From Desulfuromonas sp. (GTDB lineage Bacteria > Desulfobacterota > Desulfuromonadia > Desulfuromonadales > Geopsychrobacteraceae): a DNA stretch of 64,000 nt. The stretch is from the NCBI GenBank assembly GCA_002868865.1, contig PKUC01000022.1, forward strand, positions 74,019 through 138,018. Reading direction: 5' to 3'. Every line of letters begins with the position of its first letter. Position 1 is the first letter of the stretch. The translations under genes were made by a program, and so were the position numbers. Below the pieces are notes generated by a model, which ran no database searches, had not been told where the DNA came from, and saw only the letters and a list, made by a program, of their open reading frames with translations. This document shows, piece after piece, positions 1 through 10,353 of this stretch.

Positions 1-381
1 AAACCGGAAAAATTCACCCAAAAACGCCTATGTGTCCGATCTTTTAGGTGATCCACATGAGCAGAGCAAACTGAGACAGCCCACAATTATGCAATAACAG
101 ATAAAAGCATGCAGACATGCTGGAATTAATATCTACCAAAACAGTCAATTATTGCGCAGAAGCACATAGGCGGCGGGTTCCTCTTCATGATACATATTGC
201 AGCACAGTCGAACGGTATCGGCCGACAACACGAAATAAGGGGTCGACGGCCTCCCTTGTTTCCGGTTGACCGCCTGTGATATCGTGTCGCGTCTATCTTC
301 CAATCCAGTTGAAGGATCCACACACACAATGCAGCCAACAACAAACAGACGGCTGTTAAACATCGACCCGGAGGTTATCCC

Positions 382-1155
382 GTGAAAAAGACCCTGCTTT
401 TCCTTGCCCTCGCCCTGATCCTGACGATCGCCGCAGGATGCACCAAAGATGAGCCTGCTCAGACTGCTAACGAGCCCGCGACTGCCACAGAAGCTCCCCA
501 GCAAACCGCAGCCCCCGCCAGTGAAGACAGCGGCCTGGCTGGCAAGGTCGTCGAGACCATGGATGCCGCCGGCTACACCTATGTGCTGATCGACAGCGGT
601 AGCAAGCAGGTCTGGGCCGCCGGACCGGCCACTGCCGTCGCCGTTGGCGATGAAGTCATGGCTGCCGAAGGTGGCGTACCGATGGTCAACTACCACAGCA
701 AAACCCTCAACCGCGACTTTGATCTGGTCTACTTCGTCAGCTCGATTCTCAATGCCAGCGCGCCTAAAACCTTGAGCGGCGCCCCTTCACAGCCAGCCAT
801 GCCCGAAGCGCAGCCGGCGGCAGAGGTTGACCTGAGCGGGATCGACAGCGTTGAAGGTGGACAGACCGTCAGCGATGTCTTCAGCAAAAAAGCTGAACTG
901 TCCGGCAAAGAAATCATCCTCAGAGGCAAGGTCGTCAAGTTCAGCCCCCAGATTATGGGCAAAAACTGGCTGCATGTTCAGGACGGCAGCGGTGACACCG
1001 CAACCGGCAGCAACGATCTGACGGTAACAACCGCAGCGACCGTTCAGGTTGGCGACACCGTCCTGATCACCGGCATGGTGACCCTCGATAAGGACTTTGG
1101 CTACGGCTACAAATACGATGTCATCGTCGAAGACGCCGAGGTCATCGTCGAATAA
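382..1155 (+). CDS. Secreted lipoprotein with two tandem OB-fold-like modules, function unknown
   Basis: GTG start 8 nt after GGAGG. Signal peptide with lipobox (LTIAAGC). Two related segments (GKVVETMDAAGYTYVLI... and RGKVVKFSPQIMGKNWLHV...). Strong terminator follows. Confidence 0.7.
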   Translation: MKKTLLFLALALILTIAAGCTKDEPAQTANEPATATEAPQQTAAPASEDSGLAGKVVETMDAAGYTYVLIDSGSKQVWAAGPATAVAVGDEVMAAEGGVPMVNYHSKTLNRDFDLVYFVSSILNASAPKTLSGAPSQPAMPEAQPAAEVDLSGIDSVEGGQTVSDVFSKKAELSGKEIILRGKVVKFSPQIMGKNWLHVQDGSGDTATGSNDLTVTTAATVQVGDTVLITGMVTLDKDFGYGYKYDVIVEDAEVIVE

Positions 1156-1178
1156 CTCTGCAGCAACACAGTCTCATC

Positions 1179-1212
1179 AAAAAAAGCCCCCGGGATGCCG
1201 GGGGCTTTTTTC
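1179..1212. terminator. Bidirectional Rho-independent terminator between the lipoprotein gene and the RND operon
   Basis: AAAAAAA-GCCCCCGG-GATG-CCGGGGGC-TTTTTT: 8-bp GC stem flanked by A and T runs. Confidence 0.85.
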
Positions 1213-1236
1213 GTGGAACATGAACGGGTCAACGAC

Positions 1237-2646
1237 TCAGACACCCTGCCATCCCCCACCGAGCGCCTTGATCAGCAGCACGCTGGTGGTCATCTGCTGC
1301 CCCTGCAGCCGAGTCAACGCGCGGGCGATCTCCAGAGCGGTGCGCTGGGTGTCGATCACTTCAAGATAGCTGACATAGCCGGCCTGGTAGCGCTTCCCAG
1401 ACAGCTCCCACGCGGTCCCGGCGGAACGGGCCGCCTGTTCGAGAAGAACAGCCTGCCGGGACAGCACGTCCAGCCCCTGTAAGCCATCTTCAACTTCCCG
1501 GAACGCCTGCAGAACCTGCTGACGATAGACAGCGACAGCCTCCTCGTAAACCAAGCGCACCCGATCCAACGATGCGCTGTTGCGGCCCGCATCGAAGATC
1601 GGCAGATAGATCGCTGGTCCAAGGCCCCAGGTCCGATTGTCCCAATCGAACAGAGAGTACACTTCGCCACTGGACAAACCGGCGCTTCCGGTCAGGCTGA
1701 TCGTCGGAAAGAATGCCGTTTTGGCGACACCGATGCGCGCGCTGGTCGCCCCCATGCGGCGTTCAGCGGCGGCGATATCAGGGCGTCTCTCCAGCAGATG
1801 CGATGGCAGACCTGCAGCGATCGCGGGTGGTTTCAGCTCATGCGCCTTAGTCGGAACGGTGAATTCTGAGGCAGGTTTGCCGATCAGTAAAGCCAGTGTA
1901 TTGACCAGCTCGTTGCGAATTTTTTCCAGAGCGACCGCTTCGGCCCTGGTTTTTGCCAGCTCTGTCCGCGCCTGCATCAAGCTGAGCTGACTGACCTGAC
2001 CGTTGCGATACTGGCTGTCGACAAGCTCAAGGGCCTCTTCGAGCAGTCCCAGGGTCTGTTCCAACAGTAGGATTTCGTTATCGAGCGCCCGCAGATCGAA
2101 ATAGGTCCGTGCGACATCGGCCTGCAGTGACAGAAGAATCCCCTGATAATCGGCCTGAGCCTGCTCCACATCGGCGCTGGCGGCCTCAACGGACCGACGG
2201 GCTCGGCCCCACAGATCGATTTCGTAACCGAGGTAAAAGGGCAGGCTGAACACGTTGCCCGTTTCACCCTCGCCGGTCATGGTAAAATCGGGTGCTGTCC
2301 GTGATCGTGTCGCCGAGCCGTTCAAGCTGATATCGGGGAACCGATCCGCCTTGCTGAGACGCAGCCCGGTGCGAACCTGCTCCAGCCTTGCCAGTGCCAC
2401 GCGCAGGTCCTGATTGGCGGCGATCGCCTGCTGTTCAAGATCATCCAGTAGCGGATCTCCGTAAACAGTCCACCACGCCCCCTTAGCGAGGGCAGCCTTA
2501 GGCTCGGCCTCTTTCCAGGACGCATCGGACTTGTAGGCCACGGGAACATCCATTTCGGGCCGCTGATAATCGGGTCCGACGACACACCCGGCCAGCAGAA
2601 GCGTCAGCAGCAACAGCAGCGGGTATCCAAAAATTCTATATGTCAT
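1237..2646 (-). CDS. RND efflux outer membrane factor lipoprotein (NodT/OprM family)
   Basis: ATG at 2646 gives signal peptide with lipobox LLLAGC followed by VVGPDYQRP, typical of the NodT family. Two TolC-like repeats. Last gene of the efflux operon. Confidence 0.9.
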   Translation of the reverse strand: MTYRIFGYPLLLLLTLLLAGCVVGPDYQRPEMDVPVAYKSDASWKEAEPKAALAKGAWWTVYGDPLLDDLEQQAIAANQDLRVALARLEQVRTGLRLSKADRFPDISLNGSATRSRTAPDFTMTGEGETGNVFSLPFYLGYEIDLWGRARRSVEAASADVEQAQADYQGILLSLQADVARTYFDLRALDNEILLLEQTLGLLEEALELVDSQYRNGQVSQLSLMQARTELAKTRAEAVALEKIRNELVNTLALLIGKPASEFTVPTKAHELKPPAIAAGLPSHLLERRPDIAAAERRMGATSARIGVAKTAFFPTISLTGSAGLSSGEVYSLFDWDNRTWGLGPAIYLPIFDAGRNSASLDRVRLVYEEAVAVYRQQVLQAFREVEDGLQGLDVLSRQAVLLEQAARSAGTAWELSGKRYQAGYVSYLEVIDTQRTALEIARALTRLQGQQMTTSVLLIKALGGGWQGV

Positions 2647-2689
2647 TATCTGTTCGTCCTTTTCCACAGAAAGCGATTCAGCTTAAAAA

Positions 2690-5600
2690 CTACAACGAAA
2701 CATCACCGATCTCGGGCACAGTCGCCGGAGGAATTGGTTCTGTTGCGTCAACAGGCCTCTCGCGCTTACGCGCCAACAGCAGATAGACCGCGGGGATGAC
2801 AAACAGTGTCAGGACCGTTCCCAGGGTCAGCCCTCCGACGATAACCCAGCCGATCTGCGACCGGCTTTCGGCGCCGGCCCCGCTCGCCAGCGACAACGGC
2901 ACCGAACCGAGCACCATCGCTCCCGTGGTCATGAGGATGGGGCGCAGACGCAGGGTCGCAGCATCGAGCACCGCCTCCAGCTTGCTCTTGCCCTGTTGCT
3001 GCAACTGATTGGCGAACTCAACGATGAGAATGCCATGCTTGGTGATGAGACCGACTAAGGTAATCAGACCAACCTGACTGTAGATGCTCAGGGTGTTGTC
3101 GGTGTAGTAGAGCGCCAGCAGTGCGCCAACCATCGACAGCGGGACCGTGAAGAGGATAATCAAGGGGTCGACAAACGATTCAAACTGAGCGGCCATCATC
3201 AGATAGATCATGATCAGCGCCAGGGCAAAGGTCATCAGCAGGCCGGAGCTGCTGTCCATAAACTCAAGGGACTGCCCCTTGTAATCGATGCGCGCAGTCT
3301 CCGGCAGAATGCGGTTGGCGGCCTCGTTCATAAAATCGAGGGCTTCGCCCTGTGAATAACCGGGTGCCAGGTTGGCACTGACCACTGCGGCGCGGCTGCG
3401 GTTGAAATGGTTCAGCGACTGCGCGGTAACACCTTCTTCAATCGTCACCAGACTGTCCAGCGGGATCATCTCTCCGCTGGCGCTGCGGACATGAATCCGG
3501 TTGAGATCCTCCGGTGTCACCCGCAGCTCATCTTCGATCTTGACGATGACATCATACTGCTCGCCGTCCATCTTGAAGCGGGTCACGTCTCGTCCTCCCA
3601 TCATCGTCTCGATGGTGCGGCCGATGGTCGCCACCGGAACCCCCAGATCGGCAGCCTTGTCGCGGTCGACCTGCAAGCGCAATTCGGGGGAATTCAGTTT
3701 CAGGTCGGTACGCGCCGCCAGAATCTGCGGATTTTTACGCACCTCGCCCATCAATTGACTGATTTGGTCGTTCAGCTCCGGGTAGCTGTCACTGGTCTTG
3801 ACCACGAACTGGACCGGCTGATCCATAAACGGCTGGCCTAGCGACGGCGGGGTAATCGGAAAACCGAGCACACCGGGGATCCCGAACAGCGGCCCGCCCA
3901 ACTCACCGGCAATCTGCAGGGAAGAGCGTTCGCGCTCGGACCAGTCTGTTAACTCGACAAAACTCAAGCCTTCGGTGACATTCCCGTTCATCCCGGCCAC
4001 CGAAAACACGCCCTGACTCTCCGGAATCGGCTGCAGCAGTGCTTCGGCCTGCTTCACATAGTGGTCGGTGTAATCGAGGCTGGCTCCGTCAGGGGCGATC
4101 AGAAAAGTAATGAACACCCCGCGATCTTCCAGTGGCGACATCTCCGACGGCAGCTGCCCGAACAGATACCAGGAGCCCCCTCCCGCCAGCAAGGCGATGG
4201 TCAGACCGATCAGCACCGTTTTCAGTGACCAGCTGAGCAGGCGGCGATAACCGTTTTCCAGCGCGACGAACAGGTTCTCCATCAGGGTGAATATCTTCAT
4301 ATGCTGCTCCCGGTGACGCAACATCTTGGCACACATCATCGGCGTCAGGGTCAGAGCGACAAACCCGGAGACGATGACGGCTCCGGCTAGAGTCAACGCG
4401 AACTCGGTAAACAGTTTTCCGGTGCGTCCCTCCATCATCGCCACCGGCACATAGACCGCCGCCAGAGTCAAGGTCATCAGGATGACGGCAAAACCGATCT
4501 CTCGCATCCCCTTAATCGCCGCTTTGGCCGGTTTGAGGCCATTTTCCACGTGGCGATGGACGTTTTCCAAAACAACAATGGCGTCATCAACCACCAGTCC
4601 GACCGCCAACACCATAGCCAGCAGAGTCAGGGTGTTGATCGAAAAGCCGAGCGCCCACATCAGGGCAAATGAGCCGACCAGCGAGACCGGGATAGTCACG
4701 AGCGGGATCAGGGTGGAGCGCACCGAGCGCAAGAAGACAAAGATGATCAGCAAGACCAGTCCCACCGCTTCGAAGATCGAGCTGAAAACATTATCGATAG
4801 AACGTTCGATAAAGACCGAAGAATCGTAGACGATCCGCGTCTTCATCCCTTCAGGCAGCGAAGCCTGCAGGGCGGGCATCAACTCGCGCAGCGCGGCAGA
4901 AATTTCGAGCGGATTCGCCACCGACTGCTTGACCACCCCGACCGCAACCGCCTGCCCGCCATTGTAACGCAGATTTTCGCGCACCGACTCGGGACCGATC
5001 TCAGCCCGGCCGACATCGCGCAAACGAACCAGCCGGTCGCCCGACTTGCCGACGATGATATTTTCAAACTGCTCGGGAGTATTGAGGCTGGTATCGGAAA
5101 GGACGGTAAATTCGCGTGCTGTACTCTCCAAACGACCACCCGGCACCTCGACGTTCTGGGAGCTGATTGCACTTTCCACGTCCTGAGGAGTCACCCGGTG
5201 CGCCGTCAACAGGGCTGGATCAAGCCAGATCCGCATCGAGTATTTACGTGCGCCAAGCACCTGGGCCTCGGCAACCCCTTCGATCATCTCCAACTGATCG
5301 GTGACATATCGGTCGACGAAGTCGGTGACTTCCTCGCTGCTGTGCCGGTCGCTGGAAAACGACATGTACAGGATCGGTGAAGCGTCTGCTTCGACCTTGG
5401 CGATCACCGGCTCTTCGATATCGTACGGCAGCTCGGCGCGCACCCGGCCGACCCGATCGCGCACCTCGGCTGCGGCATCATCGGCATTACGCTCCATCTT
5501 GAAAACAATACTGATCTGGCTGCGTTCCTGACGGCTTTCGGAGGTAATCGTCTTGATCCCCTCGATTCCCGACAGACTGTCCTCGATGACCGTGGTCACC

Positions 5601-5785
5601 TCGGTTTCGATAATCTCGGGGCTGGCACCCTGGTAGACGGTGATCACCGAGACCGTCGGTTCATCGATATTCGGGTACTCACGGATGGTCAGACGGTCGT
5701 AAGCGACCAGACCGATCAACACAATCAGCAGGCTCATGACCGTCGCCAGGACTGGTCGGCGCACGCTTGTTTCTGAAATTTTCAT
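2690..5785 (-). CDS. RND efflux permease (AcrB/HAE1 family)
   Basis: 1031 aa. N-terminus MKISETSVRRPVLATV, 12-TM architecture, conserved VVDDAIVVLENV and AQFESFVDPLIIL motifs. Confidence 0.95.
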   Translation of the reverse strand: MKISETSVRRPVLATVMSLLIVLIGLVAYDRLTIREYPNIDEPTVSVITVYQGASPEIIETEVTTVIEDSLSGIEGIKTITSESRQERSQISIVFKMERNADDAAAEVRDRVGRVRAELPYDIEEPVIAKVEADASPILYMSFSSDRHSSEEVTDFVDRYVTDQLEMIEGVAEAQVLGARKYSMRIWLDPALLTAHRVTPQDVESAISSQNVEVPGGRLESTAREFTVLSDTSLNTPEQFENIIVGKSGDRLVRLRDVGRAEIGPESVRENLRYNGGQAVAVGVVKQSVANPLEISAALRELMPALQASLPEGMKTRIVYDSSVFIERSIDNVFSSIFEAVGLVLLIIFVFLRSVRSTLIPLVTIPVSLVGSFALMWALGFSINTLTLLAMVLAVGLVVDDAIVVLENVHRHVENGLKPAKAAIKGMREIGFAVILMTLTLAAVYVPVAMMEGRTGKLFTEFALTLAGAVIVSGFVALTLTPMMCAKMLRHREQHMKIFTLMENLFVALENGYRRLLSWSLKTVLIGLTIALLAGGGSWYLFGQLPSEMSPLEDRGVFITFLIAPDGASLDYTDHYVKQAEALLQPIPESQGVFSVAGMNGNVTEGLSFVELTDWSERERSSLQIAGELGGPLFGIPGVLGFPITPPSLGQPFMDQPVQFVVKTSDSYPELNDQISQLMGEVRKNPQILAARTDLKLNSPELRLQVDRDKAADLGVPVATIGRTIETMMGGRDVTRFKMDGEQYDVIVKIEDELRVTPEDLNRIHVRSASGEMIPLDSLVTIEEGVTAQSLNHFNRSRAAVVSANLAPGYSQGEALDFMNEAANRILPETARIDYKGQSLEFMDSSSGLLMTFALALIMIYLMMAAQFESFVDPLIILFTVPLSMVGALLALYYTDNTLSIYSQVGLITLVGLITKHGILIVEFANQLQQQGKSKLEAVLDAATLRLRPILMTTGAMVLGSVPLSLASGAGAESRSQIGWVIVGGLTLGTVLTLFVIPAVYLLLARKRERPVDATEPIPPATVPEIGDVSL

Positions 5786-5861
5786 GGTATGACGTCCTTC
5801 AACTTTTCCGCATCAAGCGCGGAAAAACAGTGCGTATTCGTTATTGATATGGACAACGCGA

Positions 5862-7022
5862 TCAGTCGAGCGCAGCGAACAACGCAGGATCAGCAGGCAG
5901 CGGATGGACCGGGCTGCCGGGACCGATCTTCTGATGGCCACCGGTCACAACCACATCCCCTGCGACCAGTCCAGATGTAATCTCAACCCAGCCCTTGAGC
6001 CGGCTCCCGGTTTCGACCGGCACCATCTGCGCCGCTCCATCGACCACCTTAAAGACCAAAGTCGCTTTCGGTTGAGGAATCAGCGCCTGTTCAGGAATAA
6101 ACAGCGCATCAGCGCGGGTGGCGACACTCAGACCCACCTTGACAAACTGACCTGGCAGAAGCTGCCCCTCGGCGTTATCGAGCAGAGCGCGCACCACCAA
6201 ACTGCGACTCTTCTCATCGACCTGTGGGTTGATGGCGTAAACCGTGGCGGCAAAACTGTCCTGCGGATAGGCCACAGAACTCAGTGCAACCGTCTGGCCG
6301 GTCTTCACCTCGGCGAGATACCGTTCCGGGAGATTGAACTCAACCTTCAACTGGTCGATCGCTTCGAGGTTCACCAACGGCTGCCCGGGTTGGACATAGT
6401 TGCCCAGACTGACATGGCGCAGGCCAAGAGTGCCGGAAAATGGCGCAATTATCACCGTTTTATCCAGTTGCGCGGACGCCAGTCGGACGCTCGCTTCATC
6501 CAATTGCCAGCGGGCATAGGCCTCGTCCCGTTGCTGATTGGAAACCGCATGATCTGCGAACAGATTTTCAGCCCGCTGATAATTCGACCGGCTCAGGTCC
6601 CGGTTCGCCACGGCACGGTCCAGTTCGGCCTGCAGCACAGCGCTGTCGAGCTGTATCAACCGCTGCCCCTGAGCCACCTTCGCCCCTTCAGCAAACCCGA
6701 TCTTTTCGATACGGGCGGCCAGTTCGGCCGTAATCATCACCGACTCGGCAGCCCGCAAGGTTCCGACCGCAGAAAGACGACGATCACTATCCGCAATCCG
6801 CACCTCAGTCGTCTCCACTGGCATCGGCGGTATAGCCGGAGCGGCAGCAACGTCCTCTTTTTCCGAAGCCTGCAATTGCGGTCCGAACAGCAAGCCGAGT
6901 CCACCGCCGATCACCAAAAAACAAAAAACCATCAACCAGCGGAGGTTCTTGCCTATGTTTGTTTTTTCTTTCTCCCTGCCTTGCGGCAATTGCTTCTTTT
7001 CTTCATTCATTCGACTCATCAT
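5862..7022 (-). CDS. RND efflux periplasmic adaptor (membrane fusion protein, AcrA-like)
   Basis: N-terminal TM anchor. Lipoyl/barrel-sandwich motifs (IIAPFSGTLG, VDEKSRSL). Sits between the TetR and RND permease genes. Confidence 0.9.
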   Translation of the reverse strand: MMSRMNEEKKQLPQGREKEKTNIGKNLRWLMVFCFLVIGGGLGLLFGPQLQASEKEDVAAAPAIPPMPVETTEVRIADSDRRLSAVGTLRAAESVMITAELAARIEKIGFAEGAKVAQGQRLIQLDSAVLQAELDRAVANRDLSRSNYQRAENLFADHAVSNQQRDEAYARWQLDEASVRLASAQLDKTVIIAPFSGTLGLRHVSLGNYVQPGQPLVNLEAIDQLKVEFNLPERYLAEVKTGQTVALSSVAYPQDSFAATVYAINPQVDEKSRSLVVRALLDNAEGQLLPGQFVKVGLSVATRADALFIPEQALIPQPKATLVFKVVDGAAQMVPVETGSRLKGWVEITSGLVAGDVVVTGGHQKIGPGSPVHPLPADPALFAALD

Positions 7023-7120
7023 GACCTCTCTACAGGAAAAAGGAATGAATAATCACTCCGCTTTTAAGCTTAAAAAAATCACCGCAGATTGCGGTGACCT
7101 ATATTGCTATTTCAACCTCG

Positions 7121-7693
7121 TTAAAGTTTGATCGCGTCCCAGTTTGCCTGAACGACAGCTGCTATCGATTCATCACCCAGGGTTAAGAAACCGTTATGAT
7201 GGTCCCGCACCAGGAATAGGATTGATCCCAATGACAAGCTGAGGAGAATTTCTAAAGACAGATTCTTGATCACCTGCTGCTGCTGGCCCTGCGCGAAAAA
7301 GGTGAACAGGGGCTTTTCACATTCAGTCTCTTCCGCCCTTTTTTTAGCCACGCCGTAAGGCGAGTTATAAAATTGCTCCATAAAGCGAATCTCGTATGGC
7401 TTGGCGACAAACAATTTGGTCAGAGCAGTAAAAATCCGCAGATAATTCTCACGAATAGGAAGGTTCGCGTCATAGTGTTCAGTAAAGGTACTGACAAAAA
7501 TGGCATGATTTTTCTTGTGTATCGCTTCGATCAACTCGTCCTTATCCTTGAAGTAGCGATAGATGGTTCCGACACCGGTTCCGGCCCGATCAGCGATCTG
7601 TGAAGTTGGCGTGCCGTGAAACCCCTGTTCGGCAATCAGTTCCATTGCCGCCTGCATAATCGCTTCGCGTTTATCGACTTTTTTCTGTTCCAT
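7121..7693 (-). CDS. TetR/AcrR family transcriptional repressor
   Basis: N-terminal HTH (IMQAAMELIAEQGFHGTPTSQIADRAGTGVGTIYRYFKDKDEL). First gene of the efflux operon. Confidence 0.9.
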   Translation of the reverse strand: MEQKKVDKREAIMQAAMELIAEQGFHGTPTSQIADRAGTGVGTIYRYFKDKDELIEAIHKKNHAIFVSTFTEHYDANLPIRENYLRIFTALTKLFVAKPYEIRFMEQFYNSPYGVAKKRAEETECEKPLFTFFAQGQQQQVIKNLSLEILLSLSLGSILFLVRDHHNGFLTLGDESIAAVVQANWDAIKL

Positions 7694-7709
7694 ACAAACA
7701 ACCCTTCAG

Positions 7710-7737
7710 CATACGGAGTGAACGCTCACTCCGTATG
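7710..7737. promoter_or_regulatory. Candidate TetR operator: perfect 12-4-12 inverted repeat
   Basis: CATACGGAGTGA-ACGC-TCACTCCGTATG, located 17 nt upstream of the TetR start codon. Confidence 0.6.
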
Positions 7738-7845
7738 TACGTCAACCCCCACGTTAGTGTCAATAAAAAAACAAACTGCCCCGGCCAAGTTTTTCTGGCG
7801 TTATTCCCAGTCGGGGTTGGCGAGTCAACACTAAGAGGTTAAGCA

Positions 7846-9684
7846 TCAACTCATTTTTAAAAAGCGAAAGATCTCCTCCGCCGTCTTAGCGGGCAAACCC
7901 GGCATCTGACGCAATTCGTGCAAAGACGCCTCACGAATTTTTTTCAGACTGCCAAAGTGCTTGAGCAGGGCCTTGCGCCGTGTCGGTCCGATGCCGGGGA
8001 TATCTTCCAGCGAGGAGCGCAAGGCGGCCTTGTTGCGCAGCGTGCGGTGATAGGTGATGGCAAAGCGGTGGGCCTCGTCACGCAGCCGCTCCAACAGGAA
8101 CAGGATCGCCGAACCGCTGCGCAACACCACTGGATTCTTGCGGCCGGGGAGAAAGAAACGCTCTTCGCTTCGCTCGACGGCGTGACCGCGTACGTTGGCA
8201 TACACCCGGCTTTTGGCAATCCCGACACAGCCGATCCGGCCTCCAAGGCCCAGCTCGCCAAACACCTCAACGACCACGCCGAGCTGCCCTTTGCCGCCAT
8301 CGATCAGGATCATGTCGGGCAGGTTTTCCTCCCGCAATCCACGTTCGAGCCGGCGGCGCAGCACTTCGGTCAGGGACGCGTAATCGTCGGCCCCTTCAAC
8401 AGTACGGATTTTAAAGCGGCGATATTCGGCCTTGGCTGGCTCGCCGTCGATCAACACCGCCATGCTACCGACACTCTGCTGACCTTGCACGTTGGAGATA
8501 TCGAAGCACTCGATCCGTCGCGGCAGGTGCGGCAGATGGAAACGCTGCTGCAATTCGTCCAGCAGCTTGCGACGCGCATCGCGTTGACTGCCTCGCTGGC
8601 GAAACGACTCTGCAGCATTGCGCTCGGCCAGTTGACAGAGCCTGAGCTTTTCGCCCCGCTGCGGTCTCAACAGACGCACCTTTTTGCCGCGCAGTTCGGA
8701 AAACCAGTCGGCCAGAAGCTCTCCATCTTCGACCTCTAGAGGCAGCAGGATCTGATCTGGAATCAGCACGTCGCGACAGTAGAATTCACGCAAAAAGGAC
8801 GACAGCAGCTCCTGCAGATCGAGACGCCACGCCAAAGTATAGCTGCGCCGTCCGACCAGCTTGCCCTTGCGAACAAACAACAGCGCTAGTTCGACCTCGC
8901 CGCCATCGCGGTGAACCCCGACAGCGTCGAGATCGCCGCCACTGTGGTCGGCCACTTTCTGGGTCTCGACACTCTTTTCGATGGCACGGATCTGATCGCG
9001 GATGCGGGCGGCCTCCTCAAACCGGAGAGCGTCCGCAGCGAATTCCATCCGCGAACGCAGCTCGTCGATAACCTCCGCTTCACGTCCCGACAGCAGCGCG
9101 ACCACCCCATCCACCAGGTGACGATACTCTGCGGCGGAAATCTTGCCGTGACAGGGCGCGCTGCACTGGCCGATCTGGTAAAACAGGCAGGGGCGACTGC
9201 GCTTGCCACACCGTTTCAGAGAGGCGTGCCGCAGAGGAAAGATGCGGTAGATCTGCTTGAGGGTATCACGGATCGCCGCCGCCGATGCATAGGGACCGAA
9301 ATAGTGCGCCCCGTCCCGCTTGACCTGCCGGACCACCTGCATAGCCGGAAACTCCTCGCGCAGATCGATGCGCACCGATACATAGGTTTTGTCATCCCGC
9401 AGGTCGATGTTGTAGCGCGGCCGGTGCTTTTTGATCAGGGTATTTTCCAGTAGCAGCGCTTCTTTTTCGGTATCGGTGACAATGGTTTCGACCTGTGCAA
9501 TCCGGCGCAGCAGCAGCGGAATCTGAACCCGCCCATCGCCACCGGCGCCGAAATAGCTGCGCAGCCTCTGCCGCAGGTTCTTAGCCTTACCGACATACAG
9601 CACCGTTCCGTCACTGCCGGACATCAGGTAGACCCCGGCCGAGGTCGGATATTTTTTCAGATCAGGTTCGAACATCCCTTCCAC
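7846..9684 (-). CDS. uvrC: Excinuclease ABC subunit C
   Basis: GIY-YIG N-terminus (GVYLM...VLYVGKAKNLRQRL), UVR domain, C-terminal (HhH)2. Start is either GTG at 9684 or ATG at 9675. Confidence 0.95.
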   Translation of the reverse strand: MEGMFEPDLKKYPTSAGVYLMSGSDGTVLYVGKAKNLRQRLRSYFGAGGDGRVQIPLLLRRIAQVETIVTDTEKEALLLENTLIKKHRPRYNIDLRDDKTYVSVRIDLREEFPAMQVVRQVKRDGAHYFGPYASAAAIRDTLKQIYRIFPLRHASLKRCGKRSRPCLFYQIGQCSAPCHGKISAAEYRHLVDGVVALLSGREAEVIDELRSRMEFAADALRFEEAARIRDQIRAIEKSVETQKVADHSGGDLDAVGVHRDGGEVELALLFVRKGKLVGRRSYTLAWRLDLQELLSSFLREFYCRDVLIPDQILLPLEVEDGELLADWFSELRGKKVRLLRPQRGEKLRLCQLAERNAAESFRQRGSQRDARRKLLDELQQRFHLPHLPRRIECFDISNVQGQQSVGSMAVLIDGEPAKAEYRRFKIRTVEGADDYASLTEVLRRRLERGLREENLPDMILIDGGKGQLGVVVEVFGELGLGGRIGCVGIAKSRVYANVRGHAVERSEERFFLPGRKNPVVLRSGSAILFLLERLRDEAHRFAITYHRTLRNKAALRSSLEDIPGIGPTRRKALLKHFGSLKKIREASLHELRQMPGLPAKTAEEIFRFLKMS

Positions 9685-9819
9685 AATAGATGAAATCCAG
9701 GTCGGTTGAAAGATCTGTCATCACTCCGGCGAGGACAGCCGACGGTTTTGTTGTGGCGATTCCCTGTAAGTTCAGTATAATAGGGACGTTTTTCACTGAC
9801 CCCCTCGGAAGGATCGACC

Positions 9820-10353
9820 ATGAACCCGTTCTGGAGCAACATCTTCCGCACGTCGGGATACGAGGACAGCCTCACCTACTTTCTCAGCACTGTTCCGATC
9901 TTTGAAGCGCTGAAAAAAAGAGAGCTCCGCTTTCTCGAGAGCATGACCCATGTCCGCAGCTACGAAGCCCACGAAACAGTCTTCCACGAAGGCGACATCG
10001 GCTCCGGCATGTACTGTATCCGCTCCGGTCAGGTTCAAATTTATGTTCACGACGACACGGGCAAAGAAATTGAACAGGCCCGACTTGGACCGGGAGATTT
10101 CTTCGGCGAGGTCGCCCTGACAGCGCAGAAACCGCGCATCGCCACGGCCCGCACCCTCGAACCGACCGTCCTCGTCGGCCTGTTTCGGGCCGACATCCTC
10201 GAGGCGGTCAACAAATATCCGAGTACCGCCGCCAAGATCCTCCTCGGTGTCACCCGCTGCATCAGCGACCGATTGCAGTACGCATCACTCAAGCTGCAGC
10301 AGCAGGGGGACAACTCCTACCCCGGCCCTGAGCAAGGTGCGAACGATGTCTGA
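9820..10353 (+). CDS. Stand-alone cyclic-nucleotide-binding domain protein (no DNA-binding domain)
   Basis: cNMP-binding motifs (FHEGDIG...MYCIRSGQV, GPGDFFGEVAL...RIATART). Only 177 aa with no HTH. Stop overlaps the next start (ATGTCTGA). Confidence 0.8.
   Translation: MNPFWSNIFRTSGYEDSLTYFLSTVPIFEALKKRELRFLESMTHVRSYEAHETVFHEGDIGSGMYCIRSGQVQIYVHDDTGKEIEQARLGPGDFFGEVALTAQKPRIATARTLEPTVLVGLFRADILEAVNKYPSTAAKILLGVTRCISDRLQYASLKLQQQGDNSYPGPEQGANDV

Noticed and set aside
1-381. A possible riboswitch or c-di-GMP (GEMM-type) leader upstream of the lipoprotein gene, and a small AGCATG-N4-CATGCT palindrome at 106-121.
   Set aside because: I could not find the conserved GEMM core blocks (for example ACGCAAAGC or GGGTTACCG-like segments) or any convincing multi-stem structure. 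The palindrome is short. An Rfam/Infernal scan would settle it.
5844-7052. Long antisense ORFs opposite real genes: 5844-7052, 24284-25561, 29109-30167, 39014-40096, 21103-21723 and 12699-13172, among others.
   Set aside because: Each lies fully inside, and antisense to, a confidently identified gene (MFP, ftsK, qor, mltA/priA, rnj, GGDEF-EAL). All have Arg/Gly/His-rich composition and no motifs.
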